Shown piece by piece: positions 38,922-48,946 of a stretch of DNA of 64,000 nucleotides. Made by a program: the position numbers and the translations under genes. The notes under the pieces were generated by a model, which saw only the letters and a program-made list of their open reading frames with translations, did no database searches and was not told the DNA's origin. The stretch is from Verrucomicrobiia bacterium. GTDB taxonomy: Bacteria > Verrucomicrobiota > Verrucomicrobiia > Limisphaerales > UBA1319. The stretch lies in the NCBI GenBank assembly GCA_963664225.1, contig OY760937.1, positions 544,001 through 608,000 of the forward strand. Direction: 5' to 3'. Position 1 is the first letter of the stretch. The number at the start of each line of letters is the position of its first letter.

Positions 38922-41174
38922 CTATTTAAATGAACCCAACCGGGCAAGGTTTTGTCGTGCCCGGATGTTGCCGGGTTCAAGCCGGAGGACAGCTTCAAAT
39001 TCCCGTCTCGCCTCATCCCGATGGTTTTGCCTCAAAAGCCAGGCGCCATAGTCAAATCGCATTGCGACACCGACCGGATTCAGCCGCGCCGCTTCGCCCA
39101 ATTCTCTTCCTGCCGCGTCCACTTCGCCAGCCGCAGCCAGTTCAAGACCCAACTCATGATGCGAAAGACCGTCCTCTGGCTTCAACTGGATGGATGTGCG
39201 ATAGCTGGCCACAGCTTCAACGTGTCGGTTCATATGCGCCAGGACCTTGCCACGGCGCAGGAAAGTCTGCGCGTTCTGCGGATCCAGTTTGAGGGCAGTT
39301 TCATAACAGTCCAGTGCCTCTGGATATTTCTGCTGCATGGCCAGGGCGTTGCCCAGTTCGATCCACGCGTCGGCGCGGCCCGGACGTATGGCCAGGGCAA
39401 TTCGGAGCAAACCCTCGGCATCGGTGTAACGCTGGCTCGGGATGAGTAACCGGCCGGCCTGAAAGTAGCCGAGGGAATCCTGCGGCAGCAACTCCCGGAA
39501 TCGCTGCCATTCCGTTGTCGCTGACGAAACGTCGCCAACAAGTTCAAGGACCACTGCAAAATTCTCGTGAAGAAAATAATCCTCCTGCCTCTGCTCCAGC
39601 AGCTTTAAAAATTTCTTTCGTTCAACTGCAGCATTATCCGCATTCATATTCAACCGGGCCATACGCGCCTCCAGAGCCTTCAGGCGGCCCTCGTTATTGG
39701 CCTGGCTGCTGAGCGGAGGCAAATGCATCCGTTCGATGATAAAATGAATGGCCTGCGCGCGATTCCAGTCCGACAACCCCAACCTTTGCTCGCAGATTGT
39801 CTGAGAAACCCACGCGTTGGTATTGCGCGGGAGCAGCGGCTCGATTTGTTCCGCCCAGGCGCGTCCCAACAGATAACGCCCGTCAAAATCAAAATGAACA
39901 TGTTCAAAGAACACTTCCTGACCGCAAATACCGGATCCATTGGCGGCGGCAAGTGTGGCGGGCGCATCGCATAAAAACAAGCGCTCATCATTAACCTTCT
40001 CCCTTTCGGCCAGGATCGCCGCGTTGATCCGTGCGTCCGCACGGAAGGGTAAGGAGTCGTAGTCGCACGCGAGTTGGAAATGTTCCCGCGCTCCTGTCAG
40101 ATTGGTCTTTGTCAATAAACATTCGCCCCAACGAAATTGCAGGTTGGCCTGCTTGGCATCCAATCGGGCCGCCCGTTCGACCAATCCAATTGCATCGGTG
40201 AATTGTCCCCGGTCAGCGGCTTGCATTGCGTTTGTGTAAAACTGGTCAAACTGCGTGCGATCCGCCTGCGAAATTCCGCTCCCAGCCATTGAAGCAAAGG
40301 GCGGACAATCCTTGAGATTCACTGCTACGGTGTTGAGCAGTACTTTTGCGCCGGAATGAATTCCGGCATGCACGATGTCATCCAGGTTCTTTTCAAAATT
40401 GCGGTAAACAGTTTCCTTGAGGGGGCTGTCCGGGGCGATCCGGTTGCGCAAGAACATTCCCATTCCACCCCAGACGCTGGGTTGTTCTCCCTGGCTTCCA
40501 GATTTGCGCGCCACCTCCTTGAGCCACTGAACGGTACGCAGTCGCTGCATCGCCGTGACCAGACGCACATAAGGCCATGATGGCGCCTGCCTTCCGAAAA
40601 CCGACGCCGCTCCAAACGGACCCACCATTTCGTTGTTGCCCATGTAGATAATCCACAAATCGCCTTCATGCTCGGCACACTCACGTGCGATCGGGAGAAT
40701 GACATTCGAGTTGATGGCCGTGAAAGCCACATTGATCACCTCGAACTTCCCATTCGGATACTTCGCCTGCAGCATCATTTCAAGATAGCGGGATGGCGCA
40801 AAACTCGGAGCGGGATCCCCCATCGCGGCGGATTCGCCAAGGATAAAGATGCGGAACGTGCCGGGGGCCTTGCGAGCGGGAAAGCGGAGAGGTCCCGGAT
40901 TGCGCACGAGTGCCTTTGGGAAAAATCGGCGGCTAAAATCCTCGTTCTGGACAAAAAAATCCTCGTTGCCGATTTTGATGCGTTTGAAAAAGTGCGGGTC
41001 ATACCCATAACCCCAAAGTTGCAATGAAAACTCCAAAATGCCGAGTAGGAGAAAGGGCAGCAGGAGGGATGCGATACGGAAAATCCAAAGTCGGCGGGCA
41101 AGCGGCTTTGCTGAAGAGCGGCGGCCTGCCTGGGGCAAATTATTCTTTTTGTTCCCGGCACTCAACGGCCGCAA
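38922..41174 (-). CDS. Membrane-anchored SGNH-like hydrolase / TPR protein
   Basis: N-terminal TM helix, RIFILGESAA.G, YMGNNE, EHVH, multiple TPRs; start uncertain. Confidence 0.8.
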   Translation of the reverse strand: MRPLSAGNKKNNLPQAGRRSSAKPLARRLWIFRIASLLLPFLLLGILEFSLQLWGYGYDPHFFKRIKIGNEDFFVQNEDFSRRFFPKALVRNPGPLRFPARKAPGTFRIFILGESAAMGDPAPSFAPSRYLEMMLQAKYPNGKFEVINVAFTAINSNVILPIARECAEHEGDLWIIYMGNNEMVGPFGAASVFGRQAPSWPYVRLVTAMQRLRTVQWLKEVARKSGSQGEQPSVWGGMGMFLRNRIAPDSPLKETVYRNFEKNLDDIVHAGIHSGAKVLLNTVAVNLKDCPPFASMAGSGISQADRTQFDQFYTNAMQAADRGQFTDAIGLVERAARLDAKQANLQFRWGECLLTKTNLTGAREHFQLACDYDSLPFRADARINAAILAEREKVNDERLFLCDAPATLAAANGSGICGQEVFFEHVHFDFDGRYLLGRAWAEQIEPLLPRNTNAWVSQTICEQRLGLSDWNRAQAIHFIIERMHLPPLSSQANNEGRLKALEARMARLNMNADNAAVERKKFLKLLEQRQEDYFLHENFAVVLELVGDVSSATTEWQRFRELLPQDSLGYFQAGRLLIPSQRYTDAEGLLRIALAIRPGRADAWIELGNALAMQQKYPEALDCYETALKLDPQNAQTFLRRGKVLAHMNRHVEAVASYRTSIQLKPEDGLSHHELGLELAAAGEVDAAGRELGEAARLNPVGVAMRFDYGAWLLRQNHRDEARREFEAVLRLEPGNIRARQNLARLGSFK

Positions 41175-41323
41175 TTAAGGCATTGCCGCGAGGGGATTGC
41201 AAGAGGGGCCTGCAGGCCTGTTTGTTTTTCTTCCTGCAAACAGGCATCCAGATTTGTCAGTCGGCGCCGTGCATCAGTTGTGCCTGCGTCGTTATTCAGC
41301 AAGCAGGGTTGTTCGGATAAGGT

Positions 41324-42619
41324 TCACGCCAGATCGAACCATTCCTTTTGGAAAGTGATGGGGACCCCGCTGATAATGGCCTCGTTGGTTTTAATGGCCA
41401 CGACGGTAGCTTCATAACCTTCTACCACGCCTGCAGAGGGCGCCTTGGCGGTGTTGATGTTCGCAATGAATTCCTTCAATGCATAGAAAAGGGGAGTGTC
41501 GCTTTGGGCTGCGGCCTCGGAAGGGTCCTTTCCTTGAGCGAGTAATTTGGTGGAATTGGCCACCAGCGCGATGGCTGAATCCTTCCCGGGATTGAATTGC
41601 TCCTTGCGGGCGTGCACTTCCCATCCCATGAGCGGGGCATCGGATTCCTTGATGATCCAGGCCCTGCTCTCGCGGATCACGATTGCGCAGTCCGTGCCTG
41701 AATGCACCTCGTAACTGGCCTCGAAGGAATTGGCCAGCGTTGCGTCATAGATCAGGCGCGCGCCGCCTGGAAATTCCAGAACCGCTTGAACCGTGTCCGG
41801 AACATCCCGGCCATCGTTCCAGGCAATGAGCGATCCAAAACCGGTCACGGAGACCGGACGTTGCTTGGCGAACCACATCGCAGAATCCAAGTGGTGAATG
41901 CCAATTTCCCCAGCCAATCCAATGGAGGTCGCTTTTTGCAAATGCCAGTTGGCCAGTTTTTCCTGATCGGCATCGGGTGCGGTGCGGCGCCAGCTTTGGC
42001 GTTTATGAAACTGGGCTCGTGCACAGGCGTTTTTGCCCAGGATACCGGTTCGGACAAATTGCAGCACATGGCTGTGGATTGGATTGGTGCGCAGCAAAAG
42101 GCCGGACTGGAAGATTTGTTTGCCGGCTGCTTTGGCCGCTTTGGCGATGGTGGCGGCATCCTCGATGGTGGTGGCCAGCGGGGCCTCGCAATAGACATGC
42201 TTGCCCGCTTGCAGGGCGGCGACGGCGATCTCCCGGTGCAGATGGGTTGGAGTGGCAATGAACACGGCCTGGACCGCTTTATTTTCGAGGATCTTCTTGA
42301 ATTCAGCGCTTTTCTCTGCCTTGTCGGCGGTGTTGCCAGCGCGGTTCAAATTCCGTTCATAGGTGTCGCACAAGGCGAGGATGGGGGCGTTCGGCAGGCG
42401 GCTCAGGGTGCGCACAATATCCCGACCCCACGTGCCGCATCCGATCACCGCACAGTTCACGGGTGGCCCCGCTTTTTCATCGTCATCTTCCGCCGTGGTT
42501 TTGGCGGCTGTTTCCGCACGCAGTTCGACCGCGCCCATCATCATCATGAACGTGGCCATGGAACCGCCACGCAAAAATTCGCGACGATTCAATTCATTAA
42601 GGTTTTCTTTATCACTCAT
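41324..42619 (-). CDS. Tat-exported Gfo/Idh/MocA oxidoreductase
   Basis: NRREFL Tat motif, IGCG.WG, ATPTHLH, HVYCEAP. Confidence 0.9.
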   Translation of the reverse strand: MSDKENLNELNRREFLRGGSMATFMMMMGAVELRAETAAKTTAEDDDEKAGPPVNCAVIGCGTWGRDIVRTLSRLPNAPILALCDTYERNLNRAGNTADKAEKSAEFKKILENKAVQAVFIATPTHLHREIAVAALQAGKHVYCEAPLATTIEDAATIAKAAKAAGKQIFQSGLLLRTNPIHSHVLQFVRTGILGKNACARAQFHKRQSWRRTAPDADQEKLANWHLQKATSIGLAGEIGIHHLDSAMWFAKQRPVSVTGFGSLIAWNDGRDVPDTVQAVLEFPGGARLIYDATLANSFEASYEVHSGTDCAIVIRESRAWIIKESDAPLMGWEVHARKEQFNPGKDSAIALVANSTKLLAQGKDPSEAAAQSDTPLFYALKEFIANINTAKAPSAGVVEGYEATVVAIKTNEAIISGVPITFQKEWFDLA

Positions 42620-42682
42620 GGGTCAGAAATTGGATAAGGCTGGAGAATAACAAAAAAATGGCGGGCGGCAATGGCGCTTCGC

Positions 42683-42724
42683 AAAAAAACGGCGGAGAAG
42701 CCCATGGTCAATGGCTCCTCCGCC
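42683..42724 (-). terminator. Putative terminator after the ThuA-DUF1080 gene
   Basis: GGCGGAG...CTCCGCC stem with A7 on the + strand (U-run on -). Confidence 0.55.
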
Positions 42725-42756
42725 ACATGTTCAAATCAAATGCCGTTTGAGTCTGA

Positions 42757-44106
42757 TCAATCCAAAGTCTTGATCCGCATCTTTCGGAATCCCACCATGC
42801 CGTGGTTTCCTTGAACGAAAATGGAACCCGGTTCATTGACCTTGTTGTCCAGTTCGCTGCCTGTGGCGCGGTCTACAACCACATTGTCGTGAATGGTCAC
42901 ACCGTTCAGAACCACGGTTACGCGGTTGCCTTTCATGGTGGCTTCGACGCAGTTCCATTCCCCCGGTTTCTTCGAGGCGAACTTGTCAGCAGCCTTGAAA
43001 TTGTAGATGGCGCCATCGCTGCTCACGGATGGTGTGCAATTCGGATAGTCGTCGAAAATCTGGATTTCATGACGGCCACGGAGGTAGAATCCGCTGTTGG
43101 CGCCCTTGGGAATCATGTATTCATAGCGCACAATGAAGTCCTTGTATTTGGCGTCGGTCACCAGATCGGTGCCGTGCTGTTTCTCAGGAATCACGTTGAC
43201 CAGCATTCCGTTCTGCGCGCTCCAGGAAGCGAGACCGTTGGCTTCGCGCAGCTTCCAGCCCGTCAAATCCACACCATTGAATAGGGGCTTGAAGCCGAGT
43301 TGCGCTTCATCCTCTGTCACCTTGTAGGCGGTGCTTTGTGGCGTGGCGTCACCCGGCAGGAGGCCCAGGCTCCACAGTATCCCGTTTAAGACATGTTCTT
43401 GATAGTAGGGCTTCTCCACCACATCAACCCGGTGTCCCAGGGAGGTATAGAAAACGCGGCCCTCGCCATACATTTTGCACCAGGCGATCGGATAATCTCC
43501 CGGAACCCCTGTGTTGGGCTGTTTGTCCTGCGTCAGGAGGCCATGCACCGTGTCGCGATGGAAATCCTTCACGTTATAGATTTCATCGAACACATAGAAG
43601 CAGGGACCCAAATTTCGCGTGGCGGGATGGAAGGGATCCTGGTTGTAAACTTTCACCTCGACCTGGGCGCCGTGACCCAGGAAGTGGGCCCCGATCATCT
43701 CCGTGTAAGCCGGGAATCCGGGAAAAGTATCCGTGGCCGCATGCAGGCCGACGAACGCCTTGCCGGATTTGATCCAGGCCAGAAATGCGTCGCGATCGGG
43801 CAGGGGAAGGTCGCCCGTGGTGTTGTTAAAAATCACGCCATCATAATTCTTCAAGGCATCGACGGTCATCTTCTCCGCCATATCCTTGTCATCGCGGACA
43901 TAATCCACGGTGAATTTGCCGCTCTTGGTCGCCAGTTCACCGAGCATCTTGTCGGCAGTGGGAATGACATCGTGGCGGAATCCTTTGGTCACGGACACGA
44001 TCAGGATTTTTTTCTGCGCCTGGGCAAAGACTGGAATGGTCAGCATGCTCGCGCAGGCCAGAATCAAAGCTGGCTTGAGCCAGGCCCTTCTCGATAATTT
44101 GTTCAT
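42757..44106 (-). CDS. ThuA-like + DUF1080 (3-keto-glycoside processing) fusion, exported
   Basis: SRRAWL signal; GFRH, GLHAA, GRVFYTSLGH (ThuA); LFNG.DL.GW, NSG, GEWN, QGNHG (DUF1080). Confidence 0.88.
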   Translation of the reverse strand: MNKLSRRAWLKPALILACASMLTIPVFAQAQKKILIVSVTKGFRHDVIPTADKMLGELATKSGKFTVDYVRDDKDMAEKMTVDALKNYDGVIFNNTTGDLPLPDRDAFLAWIKSGKAFVGLHAATDTFPGFPAYTEMIGAHFLGHGAQVEVKVYNQDPFHPATRNLGPCFYVFDEIYNVKDFHRDTVHGLLTQDKQPNTGVPGDYPIAWCKMYGEGRVFYTSLGHRVDVVEKPYYQEHVLNGILWSLGLLPGDATPQSTAYKVTEDEAQLGFKPLFNGVDLTGWKLREANGLASWSAQNGMLVNVIPEKQHGTDLVTDAKYKDFIVRYEYMIPKGANSGFYLRGRHEIQIFDDYPNCTPSVSSDGAIYNFKAADKFASKKPGEWNCVEATMKGNRVTVVLNGVTIHDNVVVDRATGSELDNKVNEPGSIFVQGNHGMVGFRKMRIKTLD

Positions 44107-44368
44107 AAACAGGTCTTTAAGGTTTTTGCATCTCTCTCGTCTAAATGCCAAATGTTCAGACTGATTGCGTTGGTGTTTCATTCAATTAACCTTTTCGATG
44201 GTTCCAAACAACTGGAAAAACGGTCCACTGAATCATCGGAAAATAATGCACCTGGAACAGGTCTCCGCTTCTCATCCAATTGCCAAATGACATTTTGAAC
44301 GATTCGGATATGATTTTTTAAAAGAATGCAATGGACCGTTTCGCCATGGTCAGGGTACACACAAATTT

Positions 44369-45343
44369 ATGACGGGTTTATTTCGAGTCTGGATGCTGCT
44401 TTTACTGGGATGGATGACCACCTATTGTCAGGCGGGGACTTCCATCGTGCGGACCAATTATCATGGTTGGACCGATGCCATTTTCTTAAGCAACGGCGTC
44501 GTTGAGGCTGTAGTCGTTCCGGCGATCAATCGTGTCATGCAATTCCGTTTCGTCGGAGAGGCTGAAGGGCCTTTCTGGGAAAATCGCCAGTTGGATGGCG
44601 TCCTGCCAGACCCGGAGGACAAATCCTGGCGGAATTTCGGGGGAGACAAAAGCTGGCCTGCGCCTCAGTCTGAATGGCCGCAAATCATGGACCGGGCCTG
44701 GCCGCCGCCCCGGGCGTTTGATCCCTCCTCCGCCACAGCCACCATTGATGGCAGCACCGTCGTTCTGGTTTCCTCAGTGGATCCATTCTTCAAGATTCGT
44801 GTCACCCGCCGCATCCGTCTGGAATCCCATAAACCGGTGATGCATATTGAGACGGAATTTGAACAAATGGAGCCATCCTCGCGAAAGACCGGTGTCTGGG
44901 TTGTAACCCAGTTGAAGCATCCGGTGCGCCTTTACCTGCCGATTCCAAAGAAATCCATTTTCCCCAAAGGGTATTGCCCCATGGTTGAACTGCCAGACGA
45001 TTTGCGGATAAAAAACGGTCTGATTTCGATGGTCCGTGGTTCCGCGAAGGCGAGCAAGATCGGCAATGACGCGGGCACGTTGCTTTGGATGGGGGACAGG
45101 ATGGCCCTGAGGATTGATTCGCCTCGCATTCGAAATGTGGAATATCCAGACAAGGGCTGCAGCGCGGAGATCTTCACCAGTCCGGATCCTGCATACATTG
45201 AGATGGAAATGCTGGGGCCATTAAGCACGATCGAAAAGGGCCGGAAAATCTCGCGCACATCGGTTTATACGCTCTATCGGCGGTCGCCAATGGAATCGGC
45301 ATCCGACCCGGACAAGGAAGCTCGGATCATGTTACGGCCATGA
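44369..45343 (+). CDS. Secreted DUF4380-like / galactose-mutarotase-like protein
   Basis: Signal peptide, LSNG.VE..V.P...RV, NFGGDKSWPAPQ, YIEMEMLGP. Confidence 0.65.
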   Translation: MTGLFRVWMLLLLGWMTTYCQAGTSIVRTNYHGWTDAIFLSNGVVEAVVVPAINRVMQFRFVGEAEGPFWENRQLDGVLPDPEDKSWRNFGGDKSWPAPQSEWPQIMDRAWPPPRAFDPSSATATIDGSTVVLVSSVDPFFKIRVTRRIRLESHKPVMHIETEFEQMEPSSRKTGVWVVTQLKHPVRLYLPIPKKSIFPKGYCPMVELPDDLRIKNGLISMVRGSAKASKIGNDAGTLLWMGDRMALRIDSPRIRNVEYPDKGCSAEIFTSPDPAYIEMEMLGPLSTIEKGRKISRTSVYTLYRRSPMESASDPDKEARIMLRP

Positions 45344-45412
45344 AGTTCAAAAGGTTATTGTTTTGGTCATCGTTTTGCTTCGGCCAATTTGTGGATTTTC
45401 ACGTATCCGGTT

Positions 45413-47176
45413 ATGCGATCAACTGCTGCGAATAAGGCATTGGAGGACCTGCGCGCCCGGTATGAGCGCCTGAGCGTTTTATACCAGGTCAGCAACGTGA
45501 TCCATTCGACATTGGATCCTGTGGAGGCGTTTAGTCTGCTGATCAAGGAGGCGGTGCGGATTACGCGCGGGAACAGCGGTTCACTCGTGCTCATTAATCC
45601 GACCACCGGTTTCCTGGAGATTCAAGCCTCGCATGGCCTGCCGCCCAAGGCGGAACTACTTAAGTTGCGCGTTGGCGAGGGTCTAACAGGATGGGTCGCG
45701 CGCGTGGGCAAATCCCTTATGGTGGATGATGTGCGCACTGACCGCCGCTACATCATGCTGATGGACAGTGCCCGTTCTGAACTGGTTGTTCCCTTGGAGG
45801 TGGATGGTGAGGTGCGGGGCGTGCTCAATGTGGATTCAAAGAAGGTCGGAGCCTTCACGATCGAAGATCAGCAGATGCTTGAGGACATCGCCGTGCAGGC
45901 TGCCCGCGTGATACGCAACACATGGCTCTATGAGCAATTGCGGCTCAAGGCCCAGCTTTTTGAGTCCCTGTCGAGTGTCAGTCGAATCATTAATTCAACG
46001 ATCAACCTCGACGAGGCGCTCACAGCCGTAACGCGCGAGGCCTGCGAATTGATGCGCGGCAAAATGTGTTCGCTGCTGCTCCTTGACGAGAGCCGCCAAT
46101 GGCTGGATCTGCGCGCCAGTTTCGGGGCGGGTCCCGCTTATCTCTCCAAGCCCCGGCTCAATGTCGAGGATAGCCTCCTGGGCGTGGTTGTTCGTCGAAA
46201 AAAACCGGTGCATGTGGAAAACGTGCAACTTTCCACCCGCTACCAGAATGTGAGCGTGGCGCGTCAGGACGGCCTCGTTTCCTTGCTCAGTGTGCCCCTG
46301 GTTTATAACAACAGCGCCACCGGCGTTCTCAGCATTTACCATGGGGACGTGCATAGTTTTTCGAATGAGGAAATCCGCATTTTGACCGCCCTGGCCGAGT
46401 TATCCGCCATTGCCATTGAAAAGGCCCGGCTTTACGAGCGGGTGGTGGATACTGAGGAACAATTGCGACAAAGCGAAAAGCTCTCCGCCCTGGGATTGCT
46501 CGCGGCCGAGGTGGCCCATGAAATTCGCAATCCGCTGACCGTTCTGAAAATGCTCTTTCATTCCTTGAATCTGGATTTTCCGGAGGGCGACCCGCGGGTG
46601 CGCGATGTCAAGGTGATCGGGGAAAAAATGGACCACCTGAATAAAATTGTGGAGCAGATCCTGGATTTCGCCCGATGCAACGAACCGATCCTGAGACCTG
46701 TGAACCTCAACCAATTGCTTGAGGATTTGTGCCTTCTGGTTCGGCATAAAATCGCCCAGCAAAAAACCGAGTTGGTGTGTCGCCTGGATCCCGAACTGCC
46801 TCGTGTGGCGGGCGATTCCACCCAATTGGAGCAGGCTTTCCTCAATTTGATCCTCAACGCCCTTGAGGCCATGCCCAGTGGCGGACGCCTGACTCTGACC
46901 ACGCGCCTACCCTCTGTGCAGGCTGACAAGTCTGAACAGCCCCACATCGAGATCGAGGTTCAGGATACGGGTTGCGGCATGACCGAGGAAATGTGCGGTC
47001 GGGTCTTTGAATCCCTGCTGAACACCTCCAAGGCCAAAGGCACAGGCCTGGGGCTTGTCATAGTGGCCAGGATCGTCGAATCCCATCATGGTCGGATCGA
47101 GGTTTCCTCCAGCCCGGGGAATGGAACACGCTTTATTCTGCAACTCCCAGTGGCGGAACTGTTTGAAACGATATAA
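45413..47176 (+). CDS. Cytoplasmic double-GAF sensor histidine kinase (NtrB-like)
   Basis: Two GAF domains, AHEIRNPL H-box, NLILNA, DTGCG, GTGLGL. Confidence 0.92.
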   Translation: MRSTAANKALEDLRARYERLSVLYQVSNVIHSTLDPVEAFSLLIKEAVRITRGNSGSLVLINPTTGFLEIQASHGLPPKAELLKLRVGEGLTGWVARVGKSLMVDDVRTDRRYIMLMDSARSELVVPLEVDGEVRGVLNVDSKKVGAFTIEDQQMLEDIAVQAARVIRNTWLYEQLRLKAQLFESLSSVSRIINSTINLDEALTAVTREACELMRGKMCSLLLLDESRQWLDLRASFGAGPAYLSKPRLNVEDSLLGVVVRRKKPVHVENVQLSTRYQNVSVARQDGLVSLLSVPLVYNNSATGVLSIYHGDVHSFSNEEIRILTALAELSAIAIEKARLYERVVDTEEQLRQSEKLSALGLLAAEVAHEIRNPLTVLKMLFHSLNLDFPEGDPRVRDVKVIGEKMDHLNKIVEQILDFARCNEPILRPVNLNQLLEDLCLLVRHKIAQQKTELVCRLDPELPRVAGDSTQLEQAFLNLILNALEAMPSGGRLTLTTRLPSVQADKSEQPHIEIEVQDTGCGMTEEMCGRVFESLLNTSKAKGTGLGLVIVARIVESHHGRIEVSSSPGNGTRFILQLPVAELFETI

Positions 47177-47315
47177 TCCCTACAGCCGACTCAGGTTGCA
47201 GCGCCAGGATTGCACTTTATAATGGGCGCGGATGACTGGCAGCCAATGTTAAAATTGCGAAACGAATAAGCCAATGGCCTTGTCATGATACCGATGATGC
47301 TGAATATTGGCGGCC

Positions 47316-48932
47316 ATGATTAGCAGACGCGCTTTTTTCACCCGATCAGCCGTGTTAACTGGCGGAGCGGTGGGTTTTCCATTTATTGGCCATGGGTCGG
47401 AGCCTTCTCCCTCATTCGGGCAAAAGCCGGCGCGCATTATTCACATGGTGGCCGACGGTATGAGCATGGGCACGCTGACCGGCGCGGATTATCTTTCGCA
47501 TCAGTTGCGCAACAAGGGACTCACCTGGGTGCGTCTTTGCCAGGAATCCACTTCGCGCCTCGGTTTGGTGAACACGCGTTCGCTCAATTCCATGGTGACG
47601 GATTCTGCCGCAGCCTCGTCGAGTTGGGGGTGCGGTTCACGCGTCAAAAATGGAGTGCTCAACTGTTTGCCGGATGGCAGGAAACTCAAGCCGCTCTGCG
47701 ATTTGTTTGCCGAGATGGGCTGGAAACGCGGTTTGGTGACCACCACGGAAATCACCCATGCCACGCCAGCAGGTTTTGCTGTGTCCGTTAAGAACAGGGA
47801 TACGACCGATGAAATTTCCGCTCAATATCTCGAAGGCAAAGTGGACGTTTTGCTGGGTGGGGGCCGGAAGTTTTTCAGTGCTGCAAATCGCACGGATAAG
47901 CGCGATCTGCGCGCGGAATTTTCACAGGCAGGCTACGAGGTGATGGATGCCGCGCCCGAGTTAATCAGAGCCTCTGTTGATCGGCGCTGGCTTGGGATCT
48001 TTGCAGATAGTCACCTCCCATTTACCATCGATCAGAAATCGGACTCCAAGCTTCAGGCCCGCGTTCCCGCTCTGGCGGTCATGACCCGCCGCGCCTTGGA
48101 TTGGCTCGAGCGCCACGACCATTTCCTGCTCCAGATTGAGGGCGGTCGCGTGGATCATGCCGCCCATAACTGCGATGCCCCGGCTGCGTTGCATGAGATG
48201 ATCGCATTTGACGAGGCCATCGATGTGGTGGTCGCCTTTCAAAAGCAACATCCCGACACTTTGGTCGTGATTACGACGGACCATGGAAATGGAAACTTGG
48301 GCGTTAATGGGAGTGGCAACGAGTATGAACAAAGTTCGCCCATGTTTAAGCGAATTGCCGGGGTCAAATGTTCATTCCCGGAAATCTTGCGCCGGTTGCG
48401 ACGAAAGCCCCTTCTATCCACAGTCGTTGCCGAGGATATCGTGAACAGTCAAGCATCGTCGATAACCAATGCGTTCAGCGCTGTCACCGCCACCAACAAG
48501 ATCGCGGTCGCGTCCGCTCAAAAGGCCAAAGACTACGTCCCGGACATCAAGGAGATTCAGGAAGTTCTTGCGGACACCACCGGTTACAAGGTTTCTGACC
48601 GCCGGGCGGGATGGTTTCAAAGCTACCTGGCAAAAAAAGGTGCAAGCGTTTATGAAGTAATGAATTCAGACGTCGTCCAGTTGGGTCAGTTGCTCGGAAA
48701 TCATATCGCAGTGGGCTGGACCGGGAATGTGCATACCGCTGATTACGTCACGCTCACCGCCTTGGGGCCGGGTTCCGAGCGTTTCGCCGGGTTCATCCAA
48801 AACGTCGATATTTTCCGCCATTACACCCAACTCGCCGGCATCGATTTTAAGAATCCTGAGAGTCCGCTGATCGCGGAAAGTGTCGGAAGTTCCAGGAGAA
48901 TTGAAAACCTGGACGAATACGCGTTGGTTTGA
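47316..48932 (+). CDS. Tat-exported alkaline phosphatase (PhoA family)
   Basis: SRRAFF Tat motif, ADGM, TDSAA catalytic Ser, THATPA, EGGRVDHAAH, TTDH. Confidence 0.9.
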   Translation: MISRRAFFTRSAVLTGGAVGFPFIGHGSEPSPSFGQKPARIIHMVADGMSMGTLTGADYLSHQLRNKGLTWVRLCQESTSRLGLVNTRSLNSMVTDSAAASSSWGCGSRVKNGVLNCLPDGRKLKPLCDLFAEMGWKRGLVTTTEITHATPAGFAVSVKNRDTTDEISAQYLEGKVDVLLGGGRKFFSAANRTDKRDLRAEFSQAGYEVMDAAPELIRASVDRRWLGIFADSHLPFTIDQKSDSKLQARVPALAVMTRRALDWLERHDHFLLQIEGGRVDHAAHNCDAPAALHEMIAFDEAIDVVVAFQKQHPDTLVVITTDHGNGNLGVNGSGNEYEQSSPMFKRIAGVKCSFPEILRRLRRKPLLSTVVAEDIVNSQASSITNAFSAVTATNKIAVASAQKAKDYVPDIKEIQEVLADTTGYKVSDRRAGWFQSYLAKKGASVYEVMNSDVVQLGQLLGNHIAVGWTGNVHTADYVTLTALGPGSERFAGFIQNVDIFRHYTQLAGIDFKNPESPLIAESVGSSRRIENLDEYALV

Positions 48933-48946
48933 TCCTGCCTGTGGAT

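Noticed and set aside
47240..47300. Pho box upstream of the alkaline phosphatase
   Set aside because: Only one good half-site (TTGTCAT), with no convincing 11-bp-period repeat.
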